DNA from: a virus
Lineage: Duplodnaviria; Heunggongvirae; Uroviricota; Caudoviricetes
Length of the DNA: 64,000 nt
Reading direction: 5' to 3' (one strand)
IMG/VR virus record: IMGVR_UViG_3300049919_000267
Span: 38,379 to 102,378 of that record
Position numbers and translations under genes: made by a program. Positions 30,917 to 40,541 of the stretch are shown in pieces (positions within the stretch are counted from its first letter, which is position 1; each line of letters begins with the position of its first letter). The notes beneath the pieces are model-generated. The model saw only the letters and a program-made list of their open reading frames with translations, was not told the origin of the DNA and did no database searches.

Positions 30917-32137
30917 TTAGAAGAAGGACTTAATTTCTTTCTCTTTGGATGGTTGCTTTGCATTCTTTGTAGACAGGGTAAATAAGGCATCTGACTTCTT
31001 AGAAATTGTCGTCTTTTTAACAGACGTTAGATCAAGTTTTTTCCTCAAGAGGAGTCCTAATTTTATTTTGAGTTCGTGATTTTCTGGTCTATTAAGTTCC
31101 ATTAAATCCTTATCATATTCGGAGAGAAGTTCTCCATTTGCGAGTTTATATTTCTTTTCAGACATATATTCGACAGTTTCTTCAGCGTCTTTTTGTGTGA
31201 TGGGGAGACCATCGAAATCTTGAGCTTTCAACTTCTCTGCTAAAATCCTCTGATATGATTTTTTAGCAGCTATATCTTTTTCTTTATTCTTTTGAATTTC
31301 TTCTACTTTCTGCTTTTCAAGAGTAGCAGCAACTTCTTTTTCTTTATTCAGTAATACCTCATGATAAGATTTTGCTTCATCTTCCAGATCACCATAGTCT
31401 TTTAATTTAGTGATTCTATTTTCAATTTTAGCATCATCCCACTTTAATCCTTTATAATAAGATTTAACTACTCTTTCTTGATTAGCTTCATCTGTAAGAT
31501 CAAGATCTTTAATAGCTTCAATCTTAGTGAACGATTGTAAGTATTCTTGAGGATTTACGCCATTTACAAAGACAGCATCAAACATTTTTCTGTGATCATC
31601 TCCGAATTGAGATAAAAAGTTATCTAAAATATTAATAGCTCCTTTTTTCTTTTCAAGAGAAAATCTTTCAAGAAAATCTTCCGGAGTTTTAATATCAATA
31701 GTTTCTTCTGTTTCTTCTTCAGAGTTTTTACTGAAAACACCTAATCTTAAAAGATCCTTACTTAGAGTATTATAAGTCTCATCAGAACCTTCTTCTGGAT
31801 TAGTTATCTTTTCAGATGTATTGTTTTGTCTTTGTTGTTCCTCTTCTTCCTCATTATCAAATAGAATATTCTCCAAGGCTTTTTTACCACTTGGCTTTTC
31901 TTCTATTTTCTTTTCTTCCACTTTTTTCTCTTCTTTCTTTGGGGGTAAAGCTTCTTCAATTTTCTTTTCATCTTCAACCTTCTTGATCTCATCTGGGCTA
32001 CTTAACAGAAAATTCTGCAAGTCGGTACTTGCTAACAGTTGGGTATCTTCAATACCAAAATTGTTATTTTCAAGATTGTCTGCAAAATCATTGCCTGAGA
32101 GGGAGATTTTTTCCATTGGAACATTTTCTTCTGGCAT
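30917..32137 (-). CDS. Scaffolding-protein candidate (406 aa, highly acidic, Glu/Lys-rich coiled coil)
   Basis: Strongly charged, low-complexity helical sequence (…EEKKVEEKKIEEK…) located between the portal and MCP candidates. Confidence 0.5.
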   Translation of the reverse strand: MPEENVPMEKISLSGNDFADNLENNNFGIEDTQLLASTDLQNFLLSSPDEIKKVEDEKKIEEALPPKKEEKKVEEKKIEEKPSGKKALENILFDNEEEEEQQRQNNTSEKITNPEEGSDETYNTLSKDLLRLGVFSKNSEEETEETIDIKTPEDFLERFSLEKKKGAINILDNFLSQFGDDHRKMFDAVFVNGVNPQEYLQSFTKIEAIKDLDLTDEANQERVVKSYYKGLKWDDAKIENRITKLKDYGDLEDEAKSYHEVLLNKEKEVAATLEKQKVEEIQKNKEKDIAAKKSYQRILAEKLKAQDFDGLPITQKDAEETVEYMSEKKYKLANGELLSEYDKDLMELNRPENHELKIKLGLLLRKKLDLTSVKKTTISKKSDALFTLSTKNAKQPSKEKEIKSFF

Positions 32138-32297
32138 AACTGAATATTTATTTATTGGTTTGTGACTGAGATAGTTAGATCGGCTAACAAATCTGGTGTA
32201 AAAATATTTTAACTATTTTAATTAACAAAGAAATTTAATAGTTAATAGTACCAAACTCCTCTTTAATATAGCATAGGAATTTTAGTAACTATTTGAA

Positions 32298-34922
32298 TTA
32301 CTTCTTTTTAGGTGTATTTTTAGTTCCTTTATCTCTAAATTTAGCTACTGTTAAATCATTAGCCATTTGTTTTTCTGCTAATTCTTTTTCCTGTTTTAAT
32401 TTTTCTCTTTCAAATCCTATTTTTTCCATAGCAATTTTGAAAGCATCATCATTCTTTTTCCTGTCTGAAGCTATTTTAGTTGCACTAATCATATGATCTT
32501 TCTTAGCAATATCTTCATCCATTGTTAATCTTGAAACTTCAAGAATATCAGGAACACCATTCCCGGACTGATCTTTAAGATTATCATCTTGTCTTGAGAA
32601 AGAAGAAATAAGAGCAATCTCTTTTTTATTAATTCTGTCAAGTTCATTTTGATAATTCTCATTGATTTGCTCCTGCATTCTAATTCTTTCAGCTTCCTGG
32701 AGTTGAGTATTAAACTGTTGTTGACTTTGTTCAAGTTTCTGTTGTTCAATACCTTGTTGATTTTGAGAAAGAGAATCTTGTTGATCTTTAAGTTTTTTGA
32801 AAGTCTCTTTCATCTGTCTAATAGAGTTAGTTGAATACAACACTGCAATATCATATACAGAAGCACCATTTTGTAACATTGGTTGAGCAAGATTTCTAAG
32901 CTCATTCATAATTCTTTGATCTTCAGCTCTAGCTGTCACAAAAACTTTTAAATCTCTTAATTTAAGATCACTTCCTTGAACTTGTATAAAAGCATTTGTA
33001 CCTTCATTATTAATATAAGATAATGTAGAGGTGGGTTTTTCCTGTTCAATAGACTGGGCCGCATCTAGTAAAGCCTGATAAAACTCATTTAGAGTATATT
33101 CATGTTGACTAAAATAAGGTTCAGTTTGTGTATAACTTTGAGTTAATGCTGCATTAGTAGCAGTAGCAGTTTCAGTTGCCATTACAGAACCTAATCTCTG
33201 TCTATTAAATCCTACTAACTCCCAACACTCATTTTTTAATCCAACTGCTGTACTATATCTACTTTGAATTTCATTAGTTCTTGTTAGATCAATATTTCTG
33301 GCAACTGTTTGATTAGATACTGGAACTTTAGTATTTTCAGGAGAATCATCATCAAAAGTAATACCTCTTTCTTTGGCCATCATTTCCCATGCTTCAATTG
33401 CATCCTGATCATCACCATCTTTTAATCTTGGGAGTCTTCTAATACTTATATTAGCTACATTACCAAGTTCTTTATCAAATAAAGAAAACAGTTGATTCAT
33501 ACAAATATTATATAACACCTGGAAAGGCTTCATTAAATCAACTAAAGATCTAGCTTCTGTATTTTTATTTTCATGGACAACTCCAATAATAGGAGGGTAA
33601 TTTAAAAGTGTGTATGGTTTAGCAAAATAAACTTTATGCCCAATTTTAATACCTTCCCACCATTGATTTTGATAACCCCATTCAATATCAATTTCTTCAG
33701 GAATTTTTTTATAAGTCTCATCTACAAGAACTTTCTCTGGTTTACCAGTATCCGGATCTAAATAGGTAAGAAGACCTGTTTTCTTTTTACTTAACCAATA
33801 AGATCTTACAACTACAAACTTAGAACCAAATGATTGTACATTGTTTCCAAGTCCTAAGAATGTATTTAAAGCATCTGTATTTTGATGTACCTGGGATTCA
33901 AGTAACATTTTTTCTCTTTCTACAAGAGGGTCATATGTATCATAAGTAACTGAGTTAGCTCCAGTTGTATTATTAAACAGATTAGATTCTCTGCCCATAT
34001 TAACCTGATACCCGGTGTTACCTTTTCTTAACTCTTCTATTTCTTCCATAGAAAGATTAAATGTGTTAAGGATCTCTGATAACTCCATAATATCAATAGT
34101 GCCAACAGCATAAGACTGCTTAGTATATTTTTTATCAGGTGTTGTGAGATACCATACATTTTTAGGATTAACTACTCTGGTATCAAACCCAAGTTTAGAA
34201 TTGTTTTCTATGATCTGATAAAACTGTCTTGAGCAAATTAGTAAATCTCTAAATGCTTCTTCTGATTTTTCTTTAATATTAAATTCAACTTTTAAAACAT
34301 CAAGAGTCATATTACTCCACTGCTCCGCAGTAGATGTGTAGGAAGTCATATATTGAGCAACTTCCTGTTCTGTCATTTGTTGAAGTTGTTGTTGACCTTC
34401 TTCAGATGACATTAATTCTTCAGGACTTATCCCTTGTTGTTGAGCTGCTTTGATAAGAATTTTATTTCTTACTTTTTCAAGTATAAACTGCTGCATTACA
34501 TCAGTCTTATTAGCTAACTCTTCAGACTTGGAATCATCATCAAATGCTTTCACATGATGGTTATCTGGTCTTTTAGAAAGCTCACCTATCATAGTATTAA
34601 TAGGTGGATTTAAAATAGGATAATGTTTTACATGTGCAGGTAGCTCCATGTCTTTTGAGAGTGTTTCCATAAAAGAAACAACTGATTCCTCTTCATAAAA
34701 ATCCTCTTTAGTTAAAATTCCTTTTAAAAGTCTGTAATTTTTTACAACTTCTTTTTGATTAGCCATGTACTGAGCATAAGCTACAGTAGAAAAATAATCC
34801 ATGTTAATCTTAATCCATTTTGGTGAAGTCTTTTCTCTTTCTGATACATACTGATCAGGATACAAATTAAAAACCTCATTAGCTATGGTTTGCCCAGCTC
34901 CTTCTATATGAGTTATTATCAC
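32298..34922 (-). CDS. Portal protein candidate (874 aa)
   Basis: Immediately downstream of TerL with a 14-nt gap. The size fits large-phage portals. C-terminal Gln/Glu-rich coiled-coil tail. Confidence 0.55.
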   Translation of the reverse strand: MIITHIEGAGQTIANEVFNLYPDQYVSEREKTSPKWIKINMDYFSTVAYAQYMANQKEVVKNYRLLKGILTKEDFYEEESVVSFMETLSKDMELPAHVKHYPILNPPINTMIGELSKRPDNHHVKAFDDDSKSEELANKTDVMQQFILEKVRNKILIKAAQQQGISPEELMSSEEGQQQLQQMTEQEVAQYMTSYTSTAEQWSNMTLDVLKVEFNIKEKSEEAFRDLLICSRQFYQIIENNSKLGFDTRVVNPKNVWYLTTPDKKYTKQSYAVGTIDIMELSEILNTFNLSMEEIEELRKGNTGYQVNMGRESNLFNNTTGANSVTYDTYDPLVEREKMLLESQVHQNTDALNTFLGLGNNVQSFGSKFVVVRSYWLSKKKTGLLTYLDPDTGKPEKVLVDETYKKIPEEIDIEWGYQNQWWEGIKIGHKVYFAKPYTLLNYPPIIGVVHENKNTEARSLVDLMKPFQVLYNICMNQLFSLFDKELGNVANISIRRLPRLKDGDDQDAIEAWEMMAKERGITFDDDSPENTKVPVSNQTVARNIDLTRTNEIQSRYSTAVGLKNECWELVGFNRQRLGSVMATETATATNAALTQSYTQTEPYFSQHEYTLNEFYQALLDAAQSIEQEKPTSTLSYINNEGTNAFIQVQGSDLKLRDLKVFVTARAEDQRIMNELRNLAQPMLQNGASVYDIAVLYSTNSIRQMKETFKKLKDQQDSLSQNQQGIEQQKLEQSQQQFNTQLQEAERIRMQEQINENYQNELDRINKKEIALISSFSRQDDNLKDQSGNGVPDILEVSRLTMDEDIAKKDHMISATKIASDRKKNDDAFKIAMEKIGFEREKLKQEKELAEKQMANDLTVAKFRDKGTKNTPKKK

Positions 34923-34936
34923 TTTATGTTATTTAT

Positions 34937-37060
34937 TTATAAAAATAATTTAGATACTTTTCTTTTATATTTTGGTTTTGCTGTCATCATAAAAATAGAT
35001 TTTTCTTTTTTATGGCCGTTATTTGATTTTAACTTACCATAATAAGCTGCAATCCTATTATCCCCATCAAGGGAATTAATTTTAATAACTGGATTAAGTT
35101 TATTTGCTAAAGCAATAGCAAGTTCAGCAGCAATAACCCTATCAAAATTCTTTTCTTTATCAAACTTAATTATCTCTTCAAGTAACATTGGATCTAAAAT
35201 TCTGGATACACCAAAAATCTGATTTGTTACAGAACCATTTTCATCTCTATTTTCAAATACAACCTGATCTAGATACTCTTTTAATTGCCCATCAAGAAAA
35301 TCTCTAATCTGTTTAGCAGATCTGTGAATACCATAATCTCTGTGTACTGTTGTATTTGGCACAATTTGTTTCAACCACTGAGGTTGTACTTCAAGGTAGT
35401 GTGCATCTCCTTTGTCAACCATATAATTAATAAAGCTCATCTCATCATTTTCACATAATGTTCTAGCATTATAATATTTAATTAGTCTTCTGGCAGTTTC
35501 ATTCCATTGTTTTATATCTGAAGGTCTAGCACTATACGAAGCTACAAACATATCCTGATATTTCTCAGATCCTATTTCGTGCATTCGTTTATAAATATAA
35601 ACAGTACCAAGAGAATCCGAATACTCAGATTCAGAGTGTCTGTAAGGATCTACTCCGGCTACATATAGTCCAAAAGGGGGGTCAGACATTGGAAATTCAT
35701 AAATGATAACTGGAGCATCTTTATCTTGAGTCTTAACTGGAAACTCTGTTATTGGCAATTTCTCAGAAAACTCATGGACAACCATGCCATTATCAGACAA
35801 AGTAAGATTAACTGGAGTGCCACTGAGGTCATTCTCCCTGATATTTCTTTGTTGTCTTTTAGCTTCTTCAACATTAAAATCATTTTTAGTAAGTACTATA
35901 AAACTATCAGATGGCTTTTTACACCAATAAGCTTTAAACTTTAATAAAGTCTTTGAATTACCAGATTTTTTAGCTTCATTATATTTAGGAGTCCACCATT
36001 CATTATCATATCTGTCTATGTCAGATATTTGAATTTTAATATGAGATAAATCAACTTCAGATTTAGGAATATCTAAATATTCATTTAAATCTTTTTCTAT
36101 CATAAAAGACATATTACCAATACCTGCTGGTACAAATCTTCCAATCTTACTCCCACCTTCCCAGGTATTTTCAAACTCTAACAGGTTATAAGAAGAAGGA
36201 TGATAAAACATTTCTGCTGCTTCAGCACCAACTTCCATATCACCTCCTGTACCAGTTATGAATACTAGACAAGAAGGTTTAGCTGTATTACCGGCCCACC
36301 AACAACCATCACTATCTTTATAACATCCAATTAAATTATTTAAAGTTCCTATCTCATCTATCAAATGAAATCCAGGCCTTGTACCATTACAAGCCATAGA
36401 ATTATTTCCATCTTCAAAGTTTCTTACTAGAATCTGAGAGTTAGAAGACTTTGGATGAGGAGCATTAGAAGATTTATCTTTCCAACCAGCTTTTACTTCA
36501 GCTTTCCAGTTAGATGTTAGTCTGTTTTTTACAAATACAGGATGTAGATTACTTAAACCATCTTCAATCTTATCTGTAACAAGTTTAATATAGTTATTAG
36601 CACCTGCTGAAATAACACTTTGAGAATTATTAAAGAAAGTATATAACCACCCAGCTCTTGAAGCTGCTATAATAGATTTACCAAAACCTCTGGCCCCAAC
36701 TAAACTATAAAATTTACCCTGGATCTCACATTGAGTTAAATCATCTGCTATCATCCAATCAATATCTCTTAAAGTAGGAGTGCCTATAACCCTGATACCT
36801 GATCTTTCTTGTGGGGTTCCTTTATTAATAGTTATATATCTAGCTATTTTCCAATAGACTGTATGAAAATATAACCACCCTGAAACAAAAATTTTTTTCT
36901 TTTTATCCAGATAGAAACCATTCATACACCTATCTTTCTCTGCTTTCCAATACATATTAAAAGAAAACATTTGATTAGGATCAGTTGGATCATAAACAGG
37001 TTCTACTTGTTTTGGAAACCAGATATTCTTTGTATCTTGTTTAAACTGAACCATCTTCAA
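34937..37060 (-). CDS. terL: Terminase large subunit
   Basis: Walker A-like …VGARGFGKS…, Walker B …GFHLIDEIG…, and a C-terminal nuclease Asp motif …VAGVDPYRHSES…. The 707-aa size is appropriate. Overlaps the upstream small ORF. Confidence 0.85.
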   Translation of the reverse strand: MKMVQFKQDTKNIWFPKQVEPVYDPTDPNQMFSFNMYWKAEKDRCMNGFYLDKKKKIFVSGWLYFHTVYWKIARYITINKGTPQERSGIRVIGTPTLRDIDWMIADDLTQCEIQGKFYSLVGARGFGKSIIAASRAGWLYTFFNNSQSVISAGANNYIKLVTDKIEDGLSNLHPVFVKNRLTSNWKAEVKAGWKDKSSNAPHPKSSNSQILVRNFEDGNNSMACNGTRPGFHLIDEIGTLNNLIGCYKDSDGCWWAGNTAKPSCLVFITGTGGDMEVGAEAAEMFYHPSSYNLLEFENTWEGGSKIGRFVPAGIGNMSFMIEKDLNEYLDIPKSEVDLSHIKIQISDIDRYDNEWWTPKYNEAKKSGNSKTLLKFKAYWCKKPSDSFIVLTKNDFNVEEAKRQQRNIRENDLSGTPVNLTLSDNGMVVHEFSEKLPITEFPVKTQDKDAPVIIYEFPMSDPPFGLYVAGVDPYRHSESEYSDSLGTVYIYKRMHEIGSEKYQDMFVASYSARPSDIKQWNETARRLIKYYNARTLCENDEMSFINYMVDKGDAHYLEVQPQWLKQIVPNTTVHRDYGIHRSAKQIRDFLDGQLKEYLDQVVFENRDENGSVTNQIFGVSRILDPMLLEEIIKFDKEKNFDRVIAAELAIALANKLNPVIKINSLDGDNRIAAYYGKLKSNNGHKKEKSIFMMTAKPKYKRKVSKLFL

Positions 37061-37361
37061 GTGGGCTTAAAGTTTCAATTCCTCTACCTTTCATTTTCTT
37101 TTCTTCTTCCATAGATCTCATATTATCAACCTCTTTTAAAAGAGCCAGATACATCTTCATAGTTTCTTGAAGAAACTTACCTTGTTGTTCAATAGAAGAA
37201 ATTACATAAGGAATTAATCCACCTTTTGCTGTTGTCTTTTGTCCAACTCTATCTTGTAGGGAGATTAAAGGATGAGCATCTACATATTCTTTCCACTCCC
37301 CTAATTGCTTTTCTGCCCATTCTAGTTCTGCCCCTATAAATAGTTTCTTTGCTACTGCCAT
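37041..37361 (-). CDS. Small hypothetical protein (106 aa), upstream of and overlapping terL
   Basis: ORF track. 20-nt overlap with terL. The position is compatible with a small terminase/accessory subunit, but there is no motif support. Confidence 0.45.
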   Translation of the reverse strand: MAVAKKLFIGAELEWAEKQLGEWKEYVDAHPLISLQDRVGQKTTAKGGLIPYVISSIEQQGKFLQETMKMYLALLKEVDNMRSMEEEKKMKGRGIETLSPLEDGSV

Positions 37362-37387
37362 ATGTATTTAGTTTTTTTAAGTTCTAC

Positions 37388-37714
37388 TTAGAACTCTTCT
37401 TCATAGTCTTCATCAATACTCTCTCCATCTAAAGCTGGATCATAATCTGTTTCTGAAAATAAAACTTCAGTCTCAGCAATTACTTTTTCCATCTCTTGTG
37501 TACTAAGAGTATTTATTTCAAGTTCATTTTGATGTTTTTTAAAAGCATGGTATAGTTCTCTATCTGATAAAGAGAAACTACTACCATCAGTAGCTAATAT
37601 ATAATGCTTACTTACTTCAACATCAGGATGATCTTTTTTTAATTCCTTAAGGACTTTTATCACCCTATCAAAATAATCAATTTGATTTCTCATCACTTTA
37701 TTTTTATTCAACAA
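37388..37714 (-). CDS. Small acidic hypothetical protein (108 aa)
   Basis: ORF track. Overlaps the SPFH gene by 11 nt. Confidence 0.5.
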   Translation of the reverse strand: MLNKNKVMRNQIDYFDRVIKVLKELKKDHPDVEVSKHYILATDGSSFSLSDRELYHAFKKHQNELEINTLSTQEMEKVIAETEVLFSETDYDPALDGESIDEDYEEEF

Positions 37715-38234
37715 TTGGTTTATTATTTATTGTCAGTATTCTGAAGCTTTTCATTTTAGAAAGATCTGAAAGTGTAACAGCTTCTACCTCTATTCCCCAT
37801 TTTCTTGCTTCTACTCTGACTTTTTTAGTTATCTCATTATCAAGAGTCTCTTCTCTGCATTCTTGCCAGGTTTTTTTAGAAATTACATTCTTGATGATAC
37901 CCATTGATACATCTGATATAGCATCAACAGCATCATATACTTCTGTAAAGAATTTTGAAAGATCTGAAGTCTTATACTTGATAACTCCTTTTACAACTAT
38001 TTCCTTATCATCTACTGTTGTTAAGGACTGTGCTTCCAAAGTCATAGCTGTTGTCAATACATGATAACAATCTATTTCATCTATAATTGGAATTTTAAAG
38101 TATATTCCAGGATCAAGAATCTTTTTTAATTTTCCATATCTCATTAAACCACCTTGTTGGTACTGTTTAATAATCACATAGAATGTGATCTTATCCCATA
38201 TACTAATTATTAAATCAAGTAGTTTATCAAACAT
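37704..38234 (-). CDS. SPFH/band-7 (stomatin/HflK-like) domain protein; start trimmed
   Basis: …GIYFKIPIIDEI…VVKGVIKYKTSD…RKWGIEVEAVTLSDL… matches SPFH-domain hallmarks (compare HflK …WGIKVERVEIKDV…). The ORF-track start at 38267 is a TTG that runs through tRNA-Cys. The first ATG is at 38232-38234 (MFDKLL…). Confidence 0.65.
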   Translation of the reverse strand: MFDKLLDLIISIWDKITFYVIIKQYQQGGLMRYGKLKKILDPGIYFKIPIIDEIDCYHVLTTAMTLEAQSLTTVDDKEIVVKGVIKYKTSDLSKFFTEVYDAVDAISDVSMGIIKNVISKKTWQECREETLDNEITKKVRVEARKWGIEVEAVTLSDLSKMKSFRILTINNKPIVE

Positions 38235-38248
38235 GTTTTTAATTTTTG

Positions 38249-38320
38249 AGGCTAGGGTTGGGATCAAACCAACGCATCAGGCTTTTGCAGAGCCTTGCCT
38301 TTTCACTTGGCTACCCAGCC
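38249..38320 (-). tRNA. tRNA-Cys (GCA)
   Basis: Cloverleaf read on the minus strand: GGCTGGG / CCTAGCC acceptor stem, anticodon loop CUGCAAA, T-arm GTTGG-TTTGATC-CCAAC, discriminator U. Confidence 0.7.
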
Positions 38321-38323
38321 TTA

Positions 38324-38399
38324 TGGTGGTGAAAGTTGGATTTGAACCAACGACCAACAGATTTTCAGTCTGTCACTCTACCAACTGAGTTATCTCACC
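38324..38399 (-). tRNA. tRNA-Phe (GAA), CCA encoded
   Basis: GGTGAGA / TTTCACC acceptor stem, D-arm ACTC…GAGT, anticodon stem ACAGA/TCTGT with loop CUGAAAA, T-loop TTCAAAT, terminal ACCA. Confidence 0.75.
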
Positions 38400-38404
38400 A
38401 ATTG

Positions 38405-38479
38405 CAGTCACTATGGGATTTGAACCCATGATCTCCTCTTAGACAGAGAGGCAGGGACTCCAGACTCCCCTAAGCGACC
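38405..38479 (-). tRNA. tRNA-Asp-like (GUC) with a non-canonical U at position 37
   Basis: GGTCGCT / AGTGACT acceptor stem (2 G·U pairs), anticodon stem CCTCT/AGAGG with loop CUGUCUA, T-arm ATGGG-TTCAAAT-CCCAT. A pyrimidine at position 37 is unusual, so this may be a variant or pseudo-tRNA. Confidence 0.5.
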
Positions 38480-38525
38480 TTATGTATTTTTGTCCAGTTT
38501 ATTACACTAAAAACTGGACATTTTG

Positions 38526-38599
38526 GGTGAACTATGAGAATCGAACTCATCTCTCATGATCCACAATCATGCACTCTAACCAACTAAGCTAAATCCACC
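38526..38599 (-). tRNA. tRNA-His (GUG) with an encoded G-1
   Basis: 8-bp acceptor stem including G-1:C73, anticodon stem CATGA/TCATG with loop UUGUGGA, T-arm ATGAG-TTCGATT-CTCAT. Confidence 0.7.
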
Positions 38600-38601
38600 A
38601 G

Positions 38602-38674
38602 AGACACAGGAAGGACTCGAACCTTCGACCTAGAAGTTAACAGCTTCTTGCTCTACCATCTGAGCTACTCTGTC
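38602..38674 (-). tRNA. tRNA-Asn (GUU)
   Basis: D-arm GCTC…GAGC, anticodon stem AGAAG/CTTCT with loop CUGUUAA, T-arm GAAGG-TTCGAGT-CCTTC. The acceptor stem has one G·G mismatch at 5:68. Confidence 0.65.
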
Positions 38675-38991
38675 TTATTTACATCTATTATCATAGATCC
38701 TTTTTGAGATAAATAATCTATAAAACCATCTGGATCTACAAATGTAAAGTTAATAAAATTTGTAATATGCTCTAAAGTATTCTCTTGAGTACTTGGGTAA
38801 ACATTTAAATTATATGTCTTCTCACCTACTTTATGCCAAACTTGACAACCATGTATTTTTGCTGAACTTTGCATTCTTTGTGTTTCAAATGGATTCCAAG
38901 TTCCTGCAATAAATCCAAAATCTTCACTAAACTTTCTACCTGTCCTTTGTTCTAAGAAAGCAATATAATCTTTTTCACTTAACTCTTTCAT
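38665..38991 (-). CDS. Hypothetical protein (109 aa); start trimmed
   Basis: The ORF-track ORF 38665..39162 translates through the Gln-like tRNA (…VVGSNPHSS… corresponds to GGTTCGAATCC) and starts inside tRNA-Trp. The first credible ATG after the tRNA is at 38989-38991 (MKELSEKDY…). Confidence 0.5.
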   Translation of the reverse strand: MKELSEKDYIAFLEQRTGRKFSEDFGFIAGTWNPFETQRMQSSAKIHGCQVWHKVGEKTYNLNVYPSTQENTLEHITNFINFTFVDPDGFIDYLSQKGSMIIDVNKTE

Positions 38992-39008
38992 AGATAAATA
39001 TTTATTTG

Positions 39009-39080
39009 TAGAGGAATGAGGATTCGAACCTACAACTAAGAGATTCAAATTCTCTTGTGCTACCGTTACACTATTCCACT
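39009..39080 (-). tRNA. tRNA-Gln-like (UUG), degenerate and possibly a pseudo-tRNA
   Basis: D-arm GTGT…GCAC, anticodon stem AGAGA/TCTCT with loop AUUUGAA, T-loop GGTTCGAATCC. The T-stem has 2 mismatches (GTAGG/CCTCA) and the acceptor stem has one (T·T). Confidence 0.4.
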
Positions 39081-39159
39081 CTGTTTGAGACTGTTCGTAT
39101 ACATTTACCCAGATACTTACCATTAGTCTTTCAAATGTTCCTGGACACCTCTCCCATCG

Positions 39160-39232
39160 CACACAATCAAGGAGTCGAACCTCGAACCTTCAGTTTTGGA
39201 GACTGCTGCTCTACCAGTTGAGCTAATCATGC
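39160..39232 (-). tRNA. tRNA-Trp (CCA)
   Basis: D-arm GCTC…GAGC, anticodon loop CUCCAAA, T-arm CGAGG-TTCGACT-CCTTG. The acceptor stem has 3 G·U pairs and the anticodon stem one mismatch. Confidence 0.55.
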
Positions 39233-39679
39233 TTATATTTTTAAAAGTTTACAGATGTATCTGAAAGTGTTAATGTCTTTACAACTGCAAGTACATTTAA
39301 AATGTTCAGGAAGTGAATTAAAATAAAGTCCTTCTATTCTTGAAGGGTCTAATAAAATTATAGAAATAGATTTATCAGTAAAATTCCATCTTAAAAAATA
39401 GTTATTTTTGGTAAATCCCATACTTCCCCACATTAATCCTGCGTCATATCTTTTTTGAGGATCTTTTTCATATACTTCCCATCCCTCAGCTTCTATTTGT
39501 TCTTTAGTTAGATAGGGAACTCTTATAGCTTTCGATGGTATTTCCATTTCAGCTATTCTAACTCCAGCAGAATCAATTATACTGGGTTCAAAACTTCCTC
39601 CAGTCATTAACTCTTCACATTCATACCCAACTCTTATATCCTCTATTGAGGGTGTAAAGTATTTGTTTTGTTCTGACAT
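39233..39679 (-). CDS. Hypothetical protein (148 aa)
   Basis: ORF track. Nested between tRNA-Trp and tRNA-Pro. C-terminal …CTCSCKDINTFRYIC…. Confidence 0.55.
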   Translation of the reverse strand: MSEQNKYFTPSIEDIRVGYECEELMTGGSFEPSIIDSAGVRIAEMEIPSKAIRVPYLTKEQIEAEGWEVYEKDPQKRYDAGLMWGSMGFTKNNYFLRWNFTDKSISIILLDPSRIEGLYFNSLPEHFKCTCSCKDINTFRYICKLLKI

Positions 39680-39700
39680 ATTTAATTTTCTATTGGTTTG

Positions 39701-39774
39701 TATAGTAAGCAGGATTCGAACCTACGACCTCTTGCTCCCAAAGCAAGCATTCTACCGGACTGAACTATTACTAT
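39701..39774 (-). tRNA. tRNA-Pro (UGG)
   Basis: Perfect ATAGTAA / TTACTAT acceptor stem, anticodon stem CTTGC/GCAAG with loop UUUGGGA, T-arm GTAGG-TTCGAAT-CCTGC. Confidence 0.7.
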
Positions 39775-39926
39775 ATAAGCCATCAATTTTTAACTCTGTT
39801 CTTGACAGAACCAGGTACTTTCCACCTGGAGGAATTCTTTCTTGATGTAACCTTATTATGTAACAGGGAACGGTGCAACACTTTCATGGCTTCCTTCATA
39901 CGTCTTTATACGTTCTGCTACACTAG

Positions 39927-39998
39927 TTCCGGGGAAAGGGATCGAACCTCTGACCTAAAGCTTATGAGGCTTTCGAGCTACCGCTGCTCTACCCCGGA
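39927..39998 (-). tRNA. tRNA-Met (CAU), elongator-type (or tRNA-Ile2 if lysidinylated)
   Basis: Perfect TCCGGGG / CCCCGGA acceptor stem, D-arm GAGC…GCTC, anticodon stem AAAGC/GCTTT with loop CUCAUAA, T-arm AGAGG-TTCGATC-CCTTT. It lacks the three G-C anticodon-stem pairs of initiator tRNAs. Confidence 0.7.
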
Positions 39999-40201
39999 AT
40001 TTTATCTTCTTTCAAAGAAACTTTTTTAATTTTTCCATTTTCATCTTTATATGAAAAGAAAGTAAAAGCTTCATAAGGAACTTGCTTTACCCCTATAAAG
40101 ATACCTAATTCTTTTAAATCATTCTCAACTTTTTTTAAATGACTAACAAACTTTTTTTGATCTGTAAAAACAAGTTCATCAGTATTTGGCTGTTTTTTCA
40201 T
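39989..40201 (-). CDS. Small hypothetical protein (70 aa)
   Basis: ORF track. Its stop overlaps the tRNA-Met 5' end by 10 nt. Confidence 0.45.
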   Translation of the reverse strand: MKKQPNTDELVFTDQKKFVSHLKKVENDLKELGIFIGVKQVPYEAFTFFSYKDENGKIKKVSLKEDKIPG

Positions 40202-40541
40202 ATTGATAAATTGCTGCTGACATTAATTCAATAAACTGTTCTAAGTCTATTTTAGAATTAGTTTGAATAATACTTTCATATCCTGTAAAGTTAAGAATAA
40301 AATGTAACATTTCATGAAGATAAGTTAATTTTAATTCTTCTGTTGAAACCTCTCTATCATTTAGTCTTGTACTAAGAGCTATATGATTTACACCATACCG
40401 AGCCTCTCCAAAAATCTTTAACAAATTCAATCTATCCGAATCATCAATTGTATACAATGTCCTTCCAAAGATCTCTACTTTTTTAGGGATTGAATTAAAA
40501 TCTTTTTTAGTCTGAGCCATAGAAACTTTTAAAAATGTCAT
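40179..40541 (-). CDS. HExxH motif protein, ImmA/IrrE-like putative metallopeptidase (120 aa)
   Basis: …TYLHEMLHFILN… (HEMLH Zn-binding motif in a short helical protein). Confidence 0.5.
   Translation of the reverse strand: MTFLKVSMAQTKKDFNSIPKKVEIFGRTLYTIDDSDRLNLLKIFGEARYGVNHIALSTRLNDREVSTEELKLTYLHEMLHFILNFTGYESIIQTNSKIDLEQFIELMSAAIYQYEKTAKY

Noticed and set aside
39775-39926. Additional tRNA in the 150-bp spacer between tRNA-Pro and tRNA-Met
   Set aside because: No GTTCGA-type T-loop or acceptor pairing could be built on either strand. Only a short hairpin (CCAGGT-ACTTTCC-ACCTGG) is present.
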